Shown: positions 11,207 to 20,321 of the stretch, one piece after another
Position numbering within the stretch: position 1 is the stretch's first letter
Layout of the letters: each line of letters opens with the position of its first letter
Assembly (NCBI GenBank): GCA_035604215.1
Contig: DATNIW010000042.1
Coordinates: 1,975 to 65,974 of the forward strand
From: Fibrobacteria bacterium
Lineage (GTDB): Bacteria > Fibrobacterota > Fibrobacteria > UBA5070
DNA: 64,000 bases
Direction: 5' to 3'
Translations under genes and position numbers: made by a program
The notes under the pieces: model-generated
The model's input: the letters and a program-made list of their open reading frames with translations, nothing else
Told to the model about the DNA's origin: nothing
Database searches by the model: none

Positions 11207-11752
11207 ATGCGATCACGCCTCCATCCGATCGGACTCGCGTTCACCATGTTCTTGGCGGCAAGCGCCTGGTCGACCGAATTCCAGTACCTGTTCATCCAGG
11301 GACAGAAGAGCGGCGAGATCAAGGGTTCCGTCACCGCCAAGGGAGAGGAGGGGTCCATCCTGGTGGACTCCATCTCCCACGAGATCGCCATCCCTCTCGA
11401 CGCGCAGACCGGGTCGTCAGCCGCGAAGCGCCAGCACAAGCCCTTCGTGGTCGATGCCCAGGTCGACAGGGCCTGGGCGCCGCTCTACAATCTTTTCGTG
11501 ACCGGCGAATCCCTGACCCGGGTCGAATTGCGGGTTGCGGCCCCCAATGCGACCAAGACCATGACCATCCAGCGCAAGGTGCTCCTCACCAACGCGTCCA
11601 TCGTGGGCATCCGGCAGTTCACGGTGAACGGCTCCAACGGCAAGCCGGACCACGACGAACTCAGGATTTCCTTCACCTACCAGAAGATCGGGTGGGACTG
11701 GGTCGAGGGTTCGATCACGGCAAAGGACGATTGGCTTCCGCCGTCCCCGTGA
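11207..11752 (+). CDS. hcp: Hcp/TssD-family protein (T6SS tube fold) with an N-terminal signal-peptide-like extension
   Basis: Last 181 codons of ORF 10976..11752. Blocks SHEIAIPLDAQTGSSAAKRQHKPFVV, LLTNASIVGI and ISFTYQKIGWDWVEGSITAKDDW match the EvpC/Hcp1 type. The N-terminus is MRSRLHPIGLAFTMFLAASAWS. An alternative in-frame ATG lies at 11246. Confidence 0.75.
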   Translation: MRSRLHPIGLAFTMFLAASAWSTEFQYLFIQGQKSGEIKGSVTAKGEEGSILVDSISHEIAIPLDAQTGSSAAKRQHKPFVVDAQVDRAWAPLYNLFVTGESLTRVELRVAAPNATKTMTIQRKVLLTNASIVGIRQFTVNGSNGKPDHDELRISFTYQKIGWDWVEGSITAKDDWLPPSP

Positions 11753-11770
11753 AGGGACCCAACCCGCTTT

Positions 11771-12784
11771 TCAAGCGACTTGAACCCTGAGCAGTTCCTT
11801 CTCCCGATCCAGAAGGGAATGCGCCTCGTGCGCCTCTTCCAGGGAAAGCCGGGCGCAGGGCAGGGCTTCCAGCCGGGCGGATAACGCGGGGAGGCGCCGG
11901 GCTGAGACGTTCCAATCTTCGGGGGAGGTGCCGCCCATGGTGGTCCACGAGGCTTCCGCTGCCGCCAGCCGATCGGGCAGCGCGGAAACGTTCTTCCAGG
12001 GAACGAAGGCGGCGACGGCCGTTCCCGGTGACAGGAGATCCAACGCGGATTGGACGGATTCCGCCTTCCCGTCGAAAAGGAGAACGAGGTCCGCCGGCCC
12101 GCACAATGCCTCGCGTGCGGCGCCCGCGTCGGCGACCACCTCGTGGTATCCATGGGTCCCGCTACCGAAGCGGGATTCCGGATCCAGCAGCACCCGGCGT
12201 CGGGGCCCCTCCAGGGCCATGCCGGCCAGCGCCGAAGGCAGATCGGCACCGATGGCCAGGATCCTGTTCCTGCGAGGAAACAGGCGCTCCAGTCTCAGGA
12301 TGCGGGCCAAGGGTTCCAGCAGGGACGCGGCGCCGGGCTCCAGGTCGGAGGGCAGGGCGATGGTGCCCCGTCTGGCCGACCAGGGATGCAGGACCCGATG
12401 GCGAGAGAACCATCCCGGCCCCGAAGATCGGATTCGGGCATCCAGGCAGAGGGAAGGACATCCCGCCTTGCAGGACGGGCAGAACCCGCACGGCGGGGAA
12501 GGATGGGAGAAGAGTCGGAGTCCGGGAACCACGCGCGACTGCTCCTGGCAGGCGAGGACTTCCCAGGCGGCGGAAGCACCCGGCAGCCAGTGACGTTCCG
12601 AACGGAACACGGAGGCCGCCACCAGGGACAAGATCAGCCCACCGTCCTCCGGCGAGGGAAGCCGAACCGTCTCGGGGACCCAATCGCCCGGCCGATTCCC
12701 CAGAGCAAGGGTCTGTTCGGGCAAGGCTTCGAGGTGGATCCAGTCGGAACCGAGGTCCATGGATCCAATGTAGTGCGGTGGCAA
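11771..12784 (-). CDS. Medium-chain dehydrogenase/reductase (Zn-ADH) fold protein, probably non-canonical
   Basis: 337 aa. The structural-Zn cysteine cluster CGFCPSCKAGCPSLC is present. The positions expected for the catalytic Cys/His (ASVFRSERH, AWEV) and for GxGxxG (AIGADLPSALAG) are substituted. Confidence 0.6.
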   Translation of the reverse strand: MPPHYIGSMDLGSDWIHLEALPEQTLALGNRPGDWVPETVRLPSPEDGGLILSLVAASVFRSERHWLPGASAAWEVLACQEQSRVVPGLRLFSHPSPPCGFCPSCKAGCPSLCLDARIRSSGPGWFSRHRVLHPWSARRGTIALPSDLEPGAASLLEPLARILRLERLFPRRNRILAIGADLPSALAGMALEGPRRRVLLDPESRFGSGTHGYHEVVADAGAAREALCGPADLVLLFDGKAESVQSALDLLSPGTAVAAFVPWKNVSALPDRLAAAEASWTTMGGTSPEDWNVSARRLPALSARLEALPCARLSLEEAHEAHSLLDREKELLRVQVA

Positions 12785-12858
12785 CTTGTCTCTCCGATGG
12801 ACGAGGGATTGTTTCTTTTTGATGTCGGAAAGGGAGATTCAGACCTAGATTTCCAGAT

Positions 12859-15800
12859 ATGCAGGTCCGATCAGCCCAGGACCGATTCTCTCGAGGAGAT
12901 CCCATGTCCGCCTCAACCGACCAGACGTACAGCCAGTTGCGCAGAGGACTGGGGATCGACATCGGTGCCGCCAGCGTCAAGGCGTGCTGCGTCGAAGACG
13001 GCACGATCGTCTGGTCCGAATCCCGACCGCACGACGGCGATCTCCCCGGAACGCTGCGTCGGATCTTGACGGAACACGCCGTGAAGCCGGGCATCCCCAC
13101 CTTGATCACCGGCCAGGAGGGACGGCGACAATTCCGGGTTCCCGACCGCATCGCCCCCGCCGCGGTGGAACGGGCCGTGGGCCTTCTGGGCGAACGCGTC
13201 GAAGCCGTCGTGTCGGTGGGTGGAGAAGACCTGGTGGTCTACACCCTGGATTCCCATGGCCGCATCCAGAACACGTACGCCGGCAACAAGTGCGCCTCGG
13301 GGACGGGTGAATTCTTCGCGCAGCAGCTCAAGCGCATGGGCTTGGGCGTCGACGTCGTCTTCGATCCCGCCTTGGACAACTCCACGGCCTGCAGCCTTTC
13401 GTCGCGTTGCTCGGTGTTCATGAAGAGCGACTGCACGCACAAGCTGAACAAGGGCGAGGCCGACAAGAACGACATCGTCCTGTCCCTCTCCAAGGTCATG
13501 TCCCGCAAGGTGGTGGATTTCCTTCGCCGCGCCCGCGTCACCGAAGGGCGGGTGCTTCTCAGCGGAGGCGCCACGAAGAATCCCCACCTGGTCCGGTACC
13601 TGCGCGAAGAGCTTCCCTCCGTGGTGTTCGTGGTGCCGGAGCAGGCACCCTGGTTCGAGGCCTGGGGCGTGGCGGACATCGCCGTCTGGGAAGGCGAACC
13701 TCTGCCGGCCCTGGAGTTCCTCATGGGCGACGCGGCGGTGAGCTACCCGCGTGCACCGTCGCTGGCGCTGGCCGTGGACCGCGTCACCTTCGCACCCTCC
13801 CAACGAGGTCGGATCCGACCCGGACGCAAGTACGTGCTGGGGGTGGACGGCGGATCCACCACCACGAAGGTGGTGCTCCTGGACATGGAGACCAAGGAGA
13901 TCGTGGCCAGCCACTACGGCCGCACCCTGGGCGATCCCGTGGTGTCGCTGCGCCACTGCCTGGAATCCGTGCGCACGCAGATCCGCGCGGCGCTGGGGCC
14001 CGACGCCGAGGCCGACATCCGCCTGGTGGCGACCACAGGCAGTTCCAGGGAACTGTTGGGGGTCTTTTGCGAGACGGACGGGGTCTACAACGAGATCATC
14101 GCCCACACGGTGGGTGTGACGTTCTTCGACCCCGACATCGACACCATCTTCGAGATCGGCGGCCAGGACGCGAAGTACGTGAACCTGAGGAACAGGGTCC
14201 CGGTCGACTACGCGATGAACGAGGCGTGCAGCGCGGGCACGGGATCGTTCCTGGAGGAAAGCGCCGCCGGAGACCTGGACATCCACAAACCGGAACTCAT
14301 CGGACCGGCCGCACTGGCCGCGACGGCGCCCCTGCGTTTCGGGGAACACTGTTCGGCGTTCATCAATTCGGACATCCGCAAGGCCATCCAGCAGGGGGCC
14401 ACACGCGACGACATCCTGGCGGGGCTGGTCCTGTCCATCGTGTCCAACTACCTGAACCGCGTGGTGGGGAACCGCCGCGTGGGCAAGCGCATCGTGCTGC
14501 AGGGCGGCGTGGCGAAGAACCCCGCCGTTCCCATGGCCTTCGCCTCGCTGCTGGACAAGGACATCGTCGTGCCCCCGGATCCGGAATTGATGGGTTGCTT
14601 CGGCGTGGCGCTCCTCGCCTTGGAGAAGAACGCCGCCGGCGATCTGGAGCAGGGGGAGTGGACGCTCGCGAACCTCCTTGCCCGCGAAGTCAGCCATGGC
14701 AAGACCTACCGCTGCAAGGCCTGCGAGAATCTCTGTCCCATCCAGATCCTGGACGTGGAAGGCCACAAGTACCACTTCGGCGGGAGGTGCAACCGATACG
14801 CCAACCAGCGCAGGAAGTCCACGGGAGAGGACGCGGTGGATTGGGTCGACAAGCGCAGGGAGCTCTACTTCGAACGCTTCGCCGCGGACATCGCGACCCT
14901 TCCCGACTCCGCGACGGTGGTGGCCGTGCCGGAGGCGTTTTCCGTCCATACGCTCTGGCCGCTGTATTCCAACTTCTTCGCGCGACTGGGCGTCAAGCCC
15001 CGCCTCGTCTCCGCGCTGGACGAAGCCGGCATCGCCAAGTGCGAATCCAGCTATTGCTATCCGGCGGAGCTGGCGCACGCCGTGACGGAAACCGCCCGCA
15101 AGTCCGACGCGGAATGGTATTTCCTGCCCCAGTTCAAGGCGATGCCCTCCTACCAGGAAGACATCCACGCGTGCCTGTGCCCCATCATGCAGGGGGTGCC
15201 GTACTACCTGCGCACGGCGCTGGGCCTGGACGATTCCAAGATCCTCCGGCCCGTGCTGGACTTCACGACGGGATTCGACGAAGGCTCGGAGCCCATGGTG
15301 GACGTGGCCGTGCAGCTGGGATTCTCCCGGTCGCAAGGTCGCAAGGCCTGGTCTTTCGCCCTGGAACGCCAGAAGGCCTGCTACGAGGAAGGTCGGCGCA
15401 TCGGCGCCGAAGTGGTCGCCAAGGCGGCGGAATCGAAGAAACCGGTGATCGCCCTGTTCGGACGCCCCTACAACGCCCTCACCAGCCAGGCCAACATGGG
15501 AATCCCCCGCAAGTTCGCGACCCGCGGCTACACGGTGATCCCCTTCGACTTCATGCCGATCTCCGACGAGGAGATCACCGACAACATGTACTGGTACTAC
15601 GGCCAGCAGAACCTGAAGGCCGCCGTGCAGATCAAGAACCACCCGAACCTGTTCATGTGCTTCGTCACCAACTTCTCCTGCGCGCCCGACAGCTTCATCC
15701 TCCACTACCTGCGCTGGATCCACAACACCAAGCCCTTCCTGATCCTGGAGCTGGACAGCCACACCGCCGACGCCGGGGTGGACACCCGCATCGAGGCGTT

Positions 15801-17262
15801 CCTGGACATCGTGGAAGGGTACCGGCGCGCGGACATCGCCGAGGAGTCCATGATGGTGGACCCCGACTGGCAGATCCAGTTGGAAGGCAAGAAGACCTGC
15901 GTGCGGAACAACCTGACCAACGAGGTGGTGGACCTGACCGACAGGCGCGTGAAGCTCCTTTGGCCCTCCATGGGGCAGATCGGAACCCGCCTCCTTTCCG
16001 GCATCTCCAAGTCCCACGGCATCGATTCCGAGGCACTCCCGGAGGCCGACGTCAACACCGCGGGCCGCGCCCGCGCGGTGGCGTCCGGCAAGGAATGCAT
16101 TCCGTCGCTCCTGGTGCTGGGAGCCTTCCTGGATTGGTTCGCCAAGCACGAGATCGACCCCGAGCGCGTCTATGTGCTGTTCATGCCCCTGACCACCGGT
16201 CCCTGCCGAACCGGACAGTACGCCATCTTCTACGAGAACCTGTTCCGCGAACTGGGCTACCGCAACGTGCTCTGCCTGTCGCTGAATTCGGACAATTCCT
16301 ACACGGAGCTGGGTTCCGACTGGAGCACGCGCGCCTTCGTCGGGGTGCTGGTGTCGGACTACCTGCGCGACATCCGCAACACCCTGGTCGCCTTGGCCAT
16401 GGACCTGGACACCGCCCTGGAGACCATGAGGATCATCGAAAACGAGGTGGTCGAGGCCACCGAGGCGGGCGTGGACAAGATGTGGCAGAGGTTCCCCGAG
16501 TGGGTGGACCGGCTGGAGGCGATCTCGCTCAAGAAGACCCTGGCCGAATCCCGGAAGGTCCTGGTGGTGGGAGAAATCTTCGTGCGACGGGACGAATATT
16601 CGGTTTCGCCGCTCACCAACATCCTGGCGGAACGGGGGATCGTGACCAAGATCGCCGGACTCGGCGAATGGATCCACTACCTGGACTGGGACCAGATCCG
16701 CCGCTACAAGAAGCGGCTGGCGGCGCTCCCGCTCTGGAAACGCCCCCTGTCCTGGGAGGCGCGGAAGCTGGCGTGGCAGAAGATCGAGATGATGTGGAAG
16801 CACCGCCAGGAGGTCCGGCTCCTCAAGCTCCTTTCTCGCAGCGGTCTGGTGGCCCCGGCGGACCACGACATGGAGGCCACCATGCTTCGTTCGCTGGAGT
16901 TCGGCGATCCCGAACTGGAAAGCGAAGCCTCCCTCTCGCCCGCCGTGGCGGCGATCGCGATGGAGAACGGGTGGGACGGAATCGCCATCATCTCGCCTTT
17001 CGCCTGCCTCCCCGGACGCCTGATCGAAGCCACCTACGGGCCATGGGCGCGCCAACGGGGCCTGCCCGTGATCGCCATCGAAAACGACGGCAACGCCTAT
17101 CCCCCCAACGTGATCAGCCGCATCGAGATCTTCGCCCACAACGTGTCGCGCGGCCTCAGGGGCGACGGTCTGCAGGACGATCCCCTCCTGCCGGAAGCAT
17201 GCGAAACGGAGGAATCTTCCGCGAACTTTGCTACTAAGCGGAAGGAACTCCAACCGAGGTGA
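12859..17262 (+). CDS. Fused BcrA/BadF/HgdC-type double ATPase (activase) plus DUF2229/dehydratase-like domain protein
   Basis: 1467 aa. Two actin-fold ATPase modules (GIDIGAASVKA...NKCASGTGEFF...RCSVFMKSDC, and LGVDGGSTTTKVV...EACSAGTGSFLEE...EHCSAFINSD). These are followed by a Cys-rich linker (YRCKACENLCPI...GGRCNRY) and a long C-terminal domain. Start may be ATG at 12904. Confidence 0.8.
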   Translation: MQVRSAQDRFSRGDPMSASTDQTYSQLRRGLGIDIGAASVKACCVEDGTIVWSESRPHDGDLPGTLRRILTEHAVKPGIPTLITGQEGRRQFRVPDRIAPAAVERAVGLLGERVEAVVSVGGEDLVVYTLDSHGRIQNTYAGNKCASGTGEFFAQQLKRMGLGVDVVFDPALDNSTACSLSSRCSVFMKSDCTHKLNKGEADKNDIVLSLSKVMSRKVVDFLRRARVTEGRVLLSGGATKNPHLVRYLREELPSVVFVVPEQAPWFEAWGVADIAVWEGEPLPALEFLMGDAAVSYPRAPSLALAVDRVTFAPSQRGRIRPGRKYVLGVDGGSTTTKVVLLDMETKEIVASHYGRTLGDPVVSLRHCLESVRTQIRAALGPDAEADIRLVATTGSSRELLGVFCETDGVYNEIIAHTVGVTFFDPDIDTIFEIGGQDAKYVNLRNRVPVDYAMNEACSAGTGSFLEESAAGDLDIHKPELIGPAALAATAPLRFGEHCSAFINSDIRKAIQQGATRDDILAGLVLSIVSNYLNRVVGNRRVGKRIVLQGGVAKNPAVPMAFASLLDKDIVVPPDPELMGCFGVALLALEKNAAGDLEQGEWTLANLLAREVSHGKTYRCKACENLCPIQILDVEGHKYHFGGRCNRYANQRRKSTGEDAVDWVDKRRELYFERFAADIATLPDSATVVAVPEAFSVHTLWPLYSNFFARLGVKPRLVSALDEAGIAKCESSYCYPAELAHAVTETARKSDAEWYFLPQFKAMPSYQEDIHACLCPIMQGVPYYLRTALGLDDSKILRPVLDFTTGFDEGSEPMVDVAVQLGFSRSQGRKAWSFALERQKACYEEGRRIGAEVVAKAAESKKPVIALFGRPYNALTSQANMGIPRKFATRGYTVIPFDFMPISDEEITDNMYWYYGQQNLKAAVQIKNHPNLFMCFVTNFSCAPDSFILHYLRWIHNTKPFLILELDSHTADAGVDTRIEAFLDIVEGYRRADIAEESMMVDPDWQIQLEGKKTCVRNNLTNEVVDLTDRRVKLLWPSMGQIGTRLLSGISKSHGIDSEALPEADVNTAGRARAVASGKECIPSLLVLGAFLDWFAKHEIDPERVYVLFMPLTTGPCRTGQYAIFYENLFRELGYRNVLCLSLNSDNSYTELGSDWSTRAFVGVLVSDYLRDIRNTLVALAMDLDTALETMRIIENEVVEATEAGVDKMWQRFPEWVDRLEAISLKKTLAESRKVLVVGEIFVRRDEYSVSPLTNILAERGIVTKIAGLGEWIHYLDWDQIRRYKKRLAALPLWKRPLSWEARKLAWQKIEMMWKHRQEVRLLKLLSRSGLVAPADHDMEATMLRSLEFGDPELESEASLSPAVAAIAMENGWDGIAIISPFACLPGRLIEATYGPWARQRGLPVIAIENDGNAYPPNVISRIEIFAHNVSRGLRGDGLQDDPLLPEACETEESSANFATKRKELQPR

Positions 17263-17266
17263 TGCC

Positions 17267-18307
17267 ATGGACGTGCTAGTGATCGGCGGAACGGGGCTGA
17301 TATCGACCGCCATCGTGCAGGGGTTGCTGGACCGCGGCGACCGGGTGACGCTCTTCAACCGCGGAGAGACGCCGGTCCGGTTCCATGGGGAGGTGGAACG
17401 GTTGCTCGGGAACAGGTGGGAGGCGGGGTCGTTGGAGAAGTCCGTCTCGGGCCGCAGATGGGACGCCGTGATCGACATGGCCGCTTTCGCGCCCCAAAAC
17501 GGCACCCAACTCGTGGATACCTTCTGGGGCAAGACGGGTCAGGTCCTGTTCTGCTCCACCTCTTGCGTGTACGGCGGGCCGGCCGACCAGCTCCCCATCA
17601 GGGAAAGCTCCCCCCGGCGTCCCTTCGGGATGTACGGAATCAACAAGGCGGCCATCGAGACCATCCTCCTGGAGCACGACGGGCGCGAAGGAACGCGTGC
17701 CACCGTGCTGCGCCCCTCCTACACCACGGGCGAGGGAACGACGGCTTGCGGGCTTCTTTTCGACGACTCCCTGGTGTCGCGGATGCGCGCGGGCCTTCCC
17801 TCCATCGTCATGGACGATGGGACCTGTCCCTGGGCCATCGCCCACGTGTCCGACGTCGCTCGGGGCTTCGTGGCCTCCCTGGGAAATCCCAAGGCCTTCG
17901 GGAACGACTACCACCTGACCTCGCACGAACACACCGATTGGAACGGCGTGTACCGCACACTGGCCCAAGCCGCCGGAGCCGATCCGGAGATCGTCCACAT
18001 CCCCTCCGGGTGGCTCCGCCAGGTGGCCCCTCGGCGCAGCTTGGGAGCATGGTTCATCTACCGCTTTCCCAGCGTCTACGACAATTCCAAGGCCGAACGC
18101 GACCTCGGCTTCGCCACGACGGTGCCTCTCGTGGAGACCTTCCGCCGACAGATCCGGTGGATGGAAGAGAGCGGAACCCTGAAGGCGGTCGACCAGGAAC
18201 CCTGCCAGGACATCCTGCTCGAGGGCTGGAGGCGCCACGCCCAATGGCTCGGCGACGACCCTCGCTGGGTGGACTGGAATCCCTGGGGAAACAACACGGA
18301 GAATTGA
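17267..18307 (+). CDS. NAD-dependent epimerase/dehydratase (extended SDR)
   Basis: MDVLVIGGTGLISTAIV Rossmann motif and YGINK (YxxxK). GAGG sits upstream of ATG 17267. The ORF track start at 17228 overlaps the preceding gene. Confidence 0.8.
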   Translation: MDVLVIGGTGLISTAIVQGLLDRGDRVTLFNRGETPVRFHGEVERLLGNRWEAGSLEKSVSGRRWDAVIDMAAFAPQNGTQLVDTFWGKTGQVLFCSTSCVYGGPADQLPIRESSPRRPFGMYGINKAAIETILLEHDGREGTRATVLRPSYTTGEGTTACGLLFDDSLVSRMRAGLPSIVMDDGTCPWAIAHVSDVARGFVASLGNPKAFGNDYHLTSHEHTDWNGVYRTLAQAAGADPEIVHIPSGWLRQVAPRRSLGAWFIYRFPSVYDNSKAERDLGFATTVPLVETFRRQIRWMEESGTLKAVDQEPCQDILLEGWRRHAQWLGDDPRWVDWNPWGNNTEN

Positions 18308-18325
18308 TAGGTTGTGCCCGATGCC

Positions 18326-18342
18326 GTTGATAAAATCTCAAC
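18326..18342. promoter_or_regulatory. AT-rich palindrome GTTGA-TAAAATC-TCAAC upstream of the TIGR02147 gene
   Basis: Perfect 5-bp arms, 31 nt upstream of the GTG at 18373. Related to the sites at 20187 and 22826. Confidence 0.4.
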
Positions 18343-18372
18343 ACCTCGGGCACCCGGTCCTATGCTGATCCG

Positions 18373-19224
18373 GTGCTGCGTGCGTACACTCAGACGGTGA
18401 AGCATGTCTTCGATTACCTGGACTATCGGGACCTGCTCAAGGATGCCTACGAGGATGGCAGGGTCGGCGATTCCAGTCTCTCCTACCGTACTCTCGCCGC
18501 GAGGCTGGGTACGGACGGGAGCTATCTGTTCCGCGTCCTGAGGAAGGAACACCATCTCCCGGCGAGATGCACGCCGAACGCCCTGGAATTCCTGGGACTT
18601 TCGGGCCGCGGTGCCGAATACTTCCAGTTGCTCCTCGCCTGCGGTCGCACCAGGGGAAAGCGCCAGAAGCAGGAACTCCTCCTGAAGGCATCGGCCTTGC
18701 GCGACGTCGAGCGTCGACGCATCGGCGAAAGGGAACTGCAGTTCTTCAAGGACTGGTGGGTCGCCGGGGTGCGTTGCTCGTTGGAGGTGACGGAAGGCCG
18801 GGCCCAGCCCGCGGAACTCGCCGACCGATTCCAGCCTCCCATCCCGGCCGAGGAAATCCGCAAGGCGTTGGACCTTCTGCTGGAACTGGGCCTGGTCAAG
18901 AAAGCGCCCTCCGACAGGCTCCTTCTCACCGAAACCCACCTGACCTCCGGAGGCGACGAAAGGGTGAAGGCCCTGCGCGCCTTCCAGACCCAGGTCCTGG
19001 ACCTCGCCAAGGAAAGCCTGACCAGGTTTCCCCCGGGGTTGCGCGACGTCTCCACCCTGACCCTCGCCGTGGACGAGGACGCCTTCACCGACATCCGGGC
19101 GCTGCTCAAGGAATGCCGACGCCAGATCCAGAAACGCGTGGAGGCGGCATCCCGTCCCGACCGGGTCCTGGAGCTCTCCATGGCGATCTTTCCCATCCTC
19201 CTGCCTCCGTCGGAGCAGGTCTGA
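18373..19224 (+). CDS. TIGR02147 / DUF4423 family protein (putative HTH-containing regulator-like protein)
   Basis: 283 aa, GTG start. VFDYLDYRDLLKDAYE...SLSYRTLAARLG...YLFRVLRKEHHL at the N-terminus, then LDLLLELGLVKK and a VSTLTLAV...LLKECRRQI tail. This is the family architecture as I recall it. Confidence 0.72.
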   Translation: MLRAYTQTVKHVFDYLDYRDLLKDAYEDGRVGDSSLSYRTLAARLGTDGSYLFRVLRKEHHLPARCTPNALEFLGLSGRGAEYFQLLLACGRTRGKRQKQELLLKASALRDVERRRIGERELQFFKDWWVAGVRCSLEVTEGRAQPAELADRFQPPIPAEEIRKALDLLLELGLVKKAPSDRLLLTETHLTSGGDERVKALRAFQTQVLDLAKESLTRFPPGLRDVSTLTLAVDEDAFTDIRALLKECRRQIQKRVEAASRPDRVLELSMAIFPILLPPSEQV

Positions 19225-20186
19225 TGCGCTCGAAGGCGGCCTTCGCGGCGATGCTCCTGGTCCTGGCCGGTTGCGGCGAACGTTCGGCGGGAAATTCGGT
19301 CGAGACCGAGAACACCGTCGCTGCGCGCGTGCTGGAAGTGGACTCCTTCCTTCCCGCCTGGAATCGTCCAAGCGGCGGCACCGTCGCGACCCTGCGGTTC
19401 GATCGGACGAATTTCGTCTTCTCCGCGTCCACAGGGAACGGCCGCGACCTCCGTTTCGAGAGGCTGGACGGCTCCCTGCTCCCCTTCGATGTCGACGTCT
19501 GGGATTCCGTGGCGGAAATCGGGCGGGTCCTGGTCCGGCTCGACGCCACCCTTCTACTTCCCCGCGCGGCGATCCGCATGCGCTGGGGGGTGGACCAGAC
19601 CTCGCCGGCGAACCCCTCCGCGGTCTGGAGCGGGTTGCCGGAATCCGTCGGACTCCTGGCGAACTCCGTGCTGGTCGACGACTTCGAGAACGGCAACGAC
19701 ACGACCGAGCTCCCCGACCGGCCGGTTTGGCGCGACGGCGCCTCCGACTCCGCGGCGATCTCGGCGCTTTCCTTTCCGTCGGCAGGCCAGTCCCGTCCGG
19801 GCACGGCCCTCCACGTGGCCTATTCCGCTTCCTCTCCGCACTACGGCGTGGTGGCCACCGCGCTTTCCACCGGGCCCCGCATCCTGCGGAGCCTCGACTC
19901 CCTGGTATTCTGGACTCGAGGGACGGGCACGCTCTACGTGGCCTTCGAGCACCTGACCGGGTCGGTCGGACCGAAGGCCTGGATGCACTTCGCTCTGGAC
20001 ACGAGTTGGACGCGCATCCGGATCAGGCCCTCCGACCTGGACACCGCCGACGGAATCGGGTACAACGACGGTTGGTCCGCCGTCCGCGATTCGGTCACCG
20101 ACCTCACGTTCATCGTGCAGGACGGTTCGGATCTGTGGCTCGACGACGTGCGACTGCATGGAATCGATCTCGACGATCTGCGCTAG
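19224..20186 (+). CDS. Lipoprotein with DUF2341-like and carbohydrate-binding-like beta-sandwich regions
   Basis: The ATG overlaps the upstream stop (TGATG). Lipobox MRSKAAFAAMLLVLAGCG. DLRFERLDGSLLPFDVDVWDSVAEIGRVLVRLD resembles DUF2341. The C-terminal LVDDFENGND...LWLDDVRL resembles CBM11/CIA30-like modules. Confidence 0.6.
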   Translation: MRSKAAFAAMLLVLAGCGERSAGNSVETENTVAARVLEVDSFLPAWNRPSGGTVATLRFDRTNFVFSASTGNGRDLRFERLDGSLLPFDVDVWDSVAEIGRVLVRLDATLLLPRAAIRMRWGVDQTSPANPSAVWSGLPESVGLLANSVLVDDFENGNDTTELPDRPVWRDGASDSAAISALSFPSAGQSRPGTALHVAYSASSPHYGVVATALSTGPRILRSLDSLVFWTRGTGTLYVAFEHLTGSVGPKAWMHFALDTSWTRIRIRPSDLDTADGIGYNDGWSAVRDSVTDLTFIVQDGSDLWLDDVRLHGIDLDDLR

Positions 20187-20207
20187 TCGTTGCGAATTTG
20201 TCAACGA
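20187..20207. promoter_or_regulatory. Related palindrome TCGTTG-CGAATTTGT-CAACGA downstream of the lipoprotein gene and upstream of CE6 copy 1
   Basis: The reverse strand reads GTTGA-CAAATTC-GCAAC, resembling GTTGA-TAAAATC-TCAAC. It starts 1 nt after the lipoprotein stop codon. Confidence 0.35.
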
Positions 20208-20321
20208 TTCCACCCCGATTCGGACATCACCACTCCGATGGGCCATGGGATCTTCTCCCTCGGGAGGACTCCAGCCATGGCAGTCCATTCCCGCAGCCGT
20301 CCGTATCGAAGGGGTGTTCGC

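Noticed and set aside
12913-17532. 1539-aa - strand ORF, plus the 1276-aa + frame ORF 13407..17237
   Set aside because: These are the shadow frames of the 1467-aa activase-fusion gene. Their translations are dominated by R/G/H/P/Q runs without motifs.
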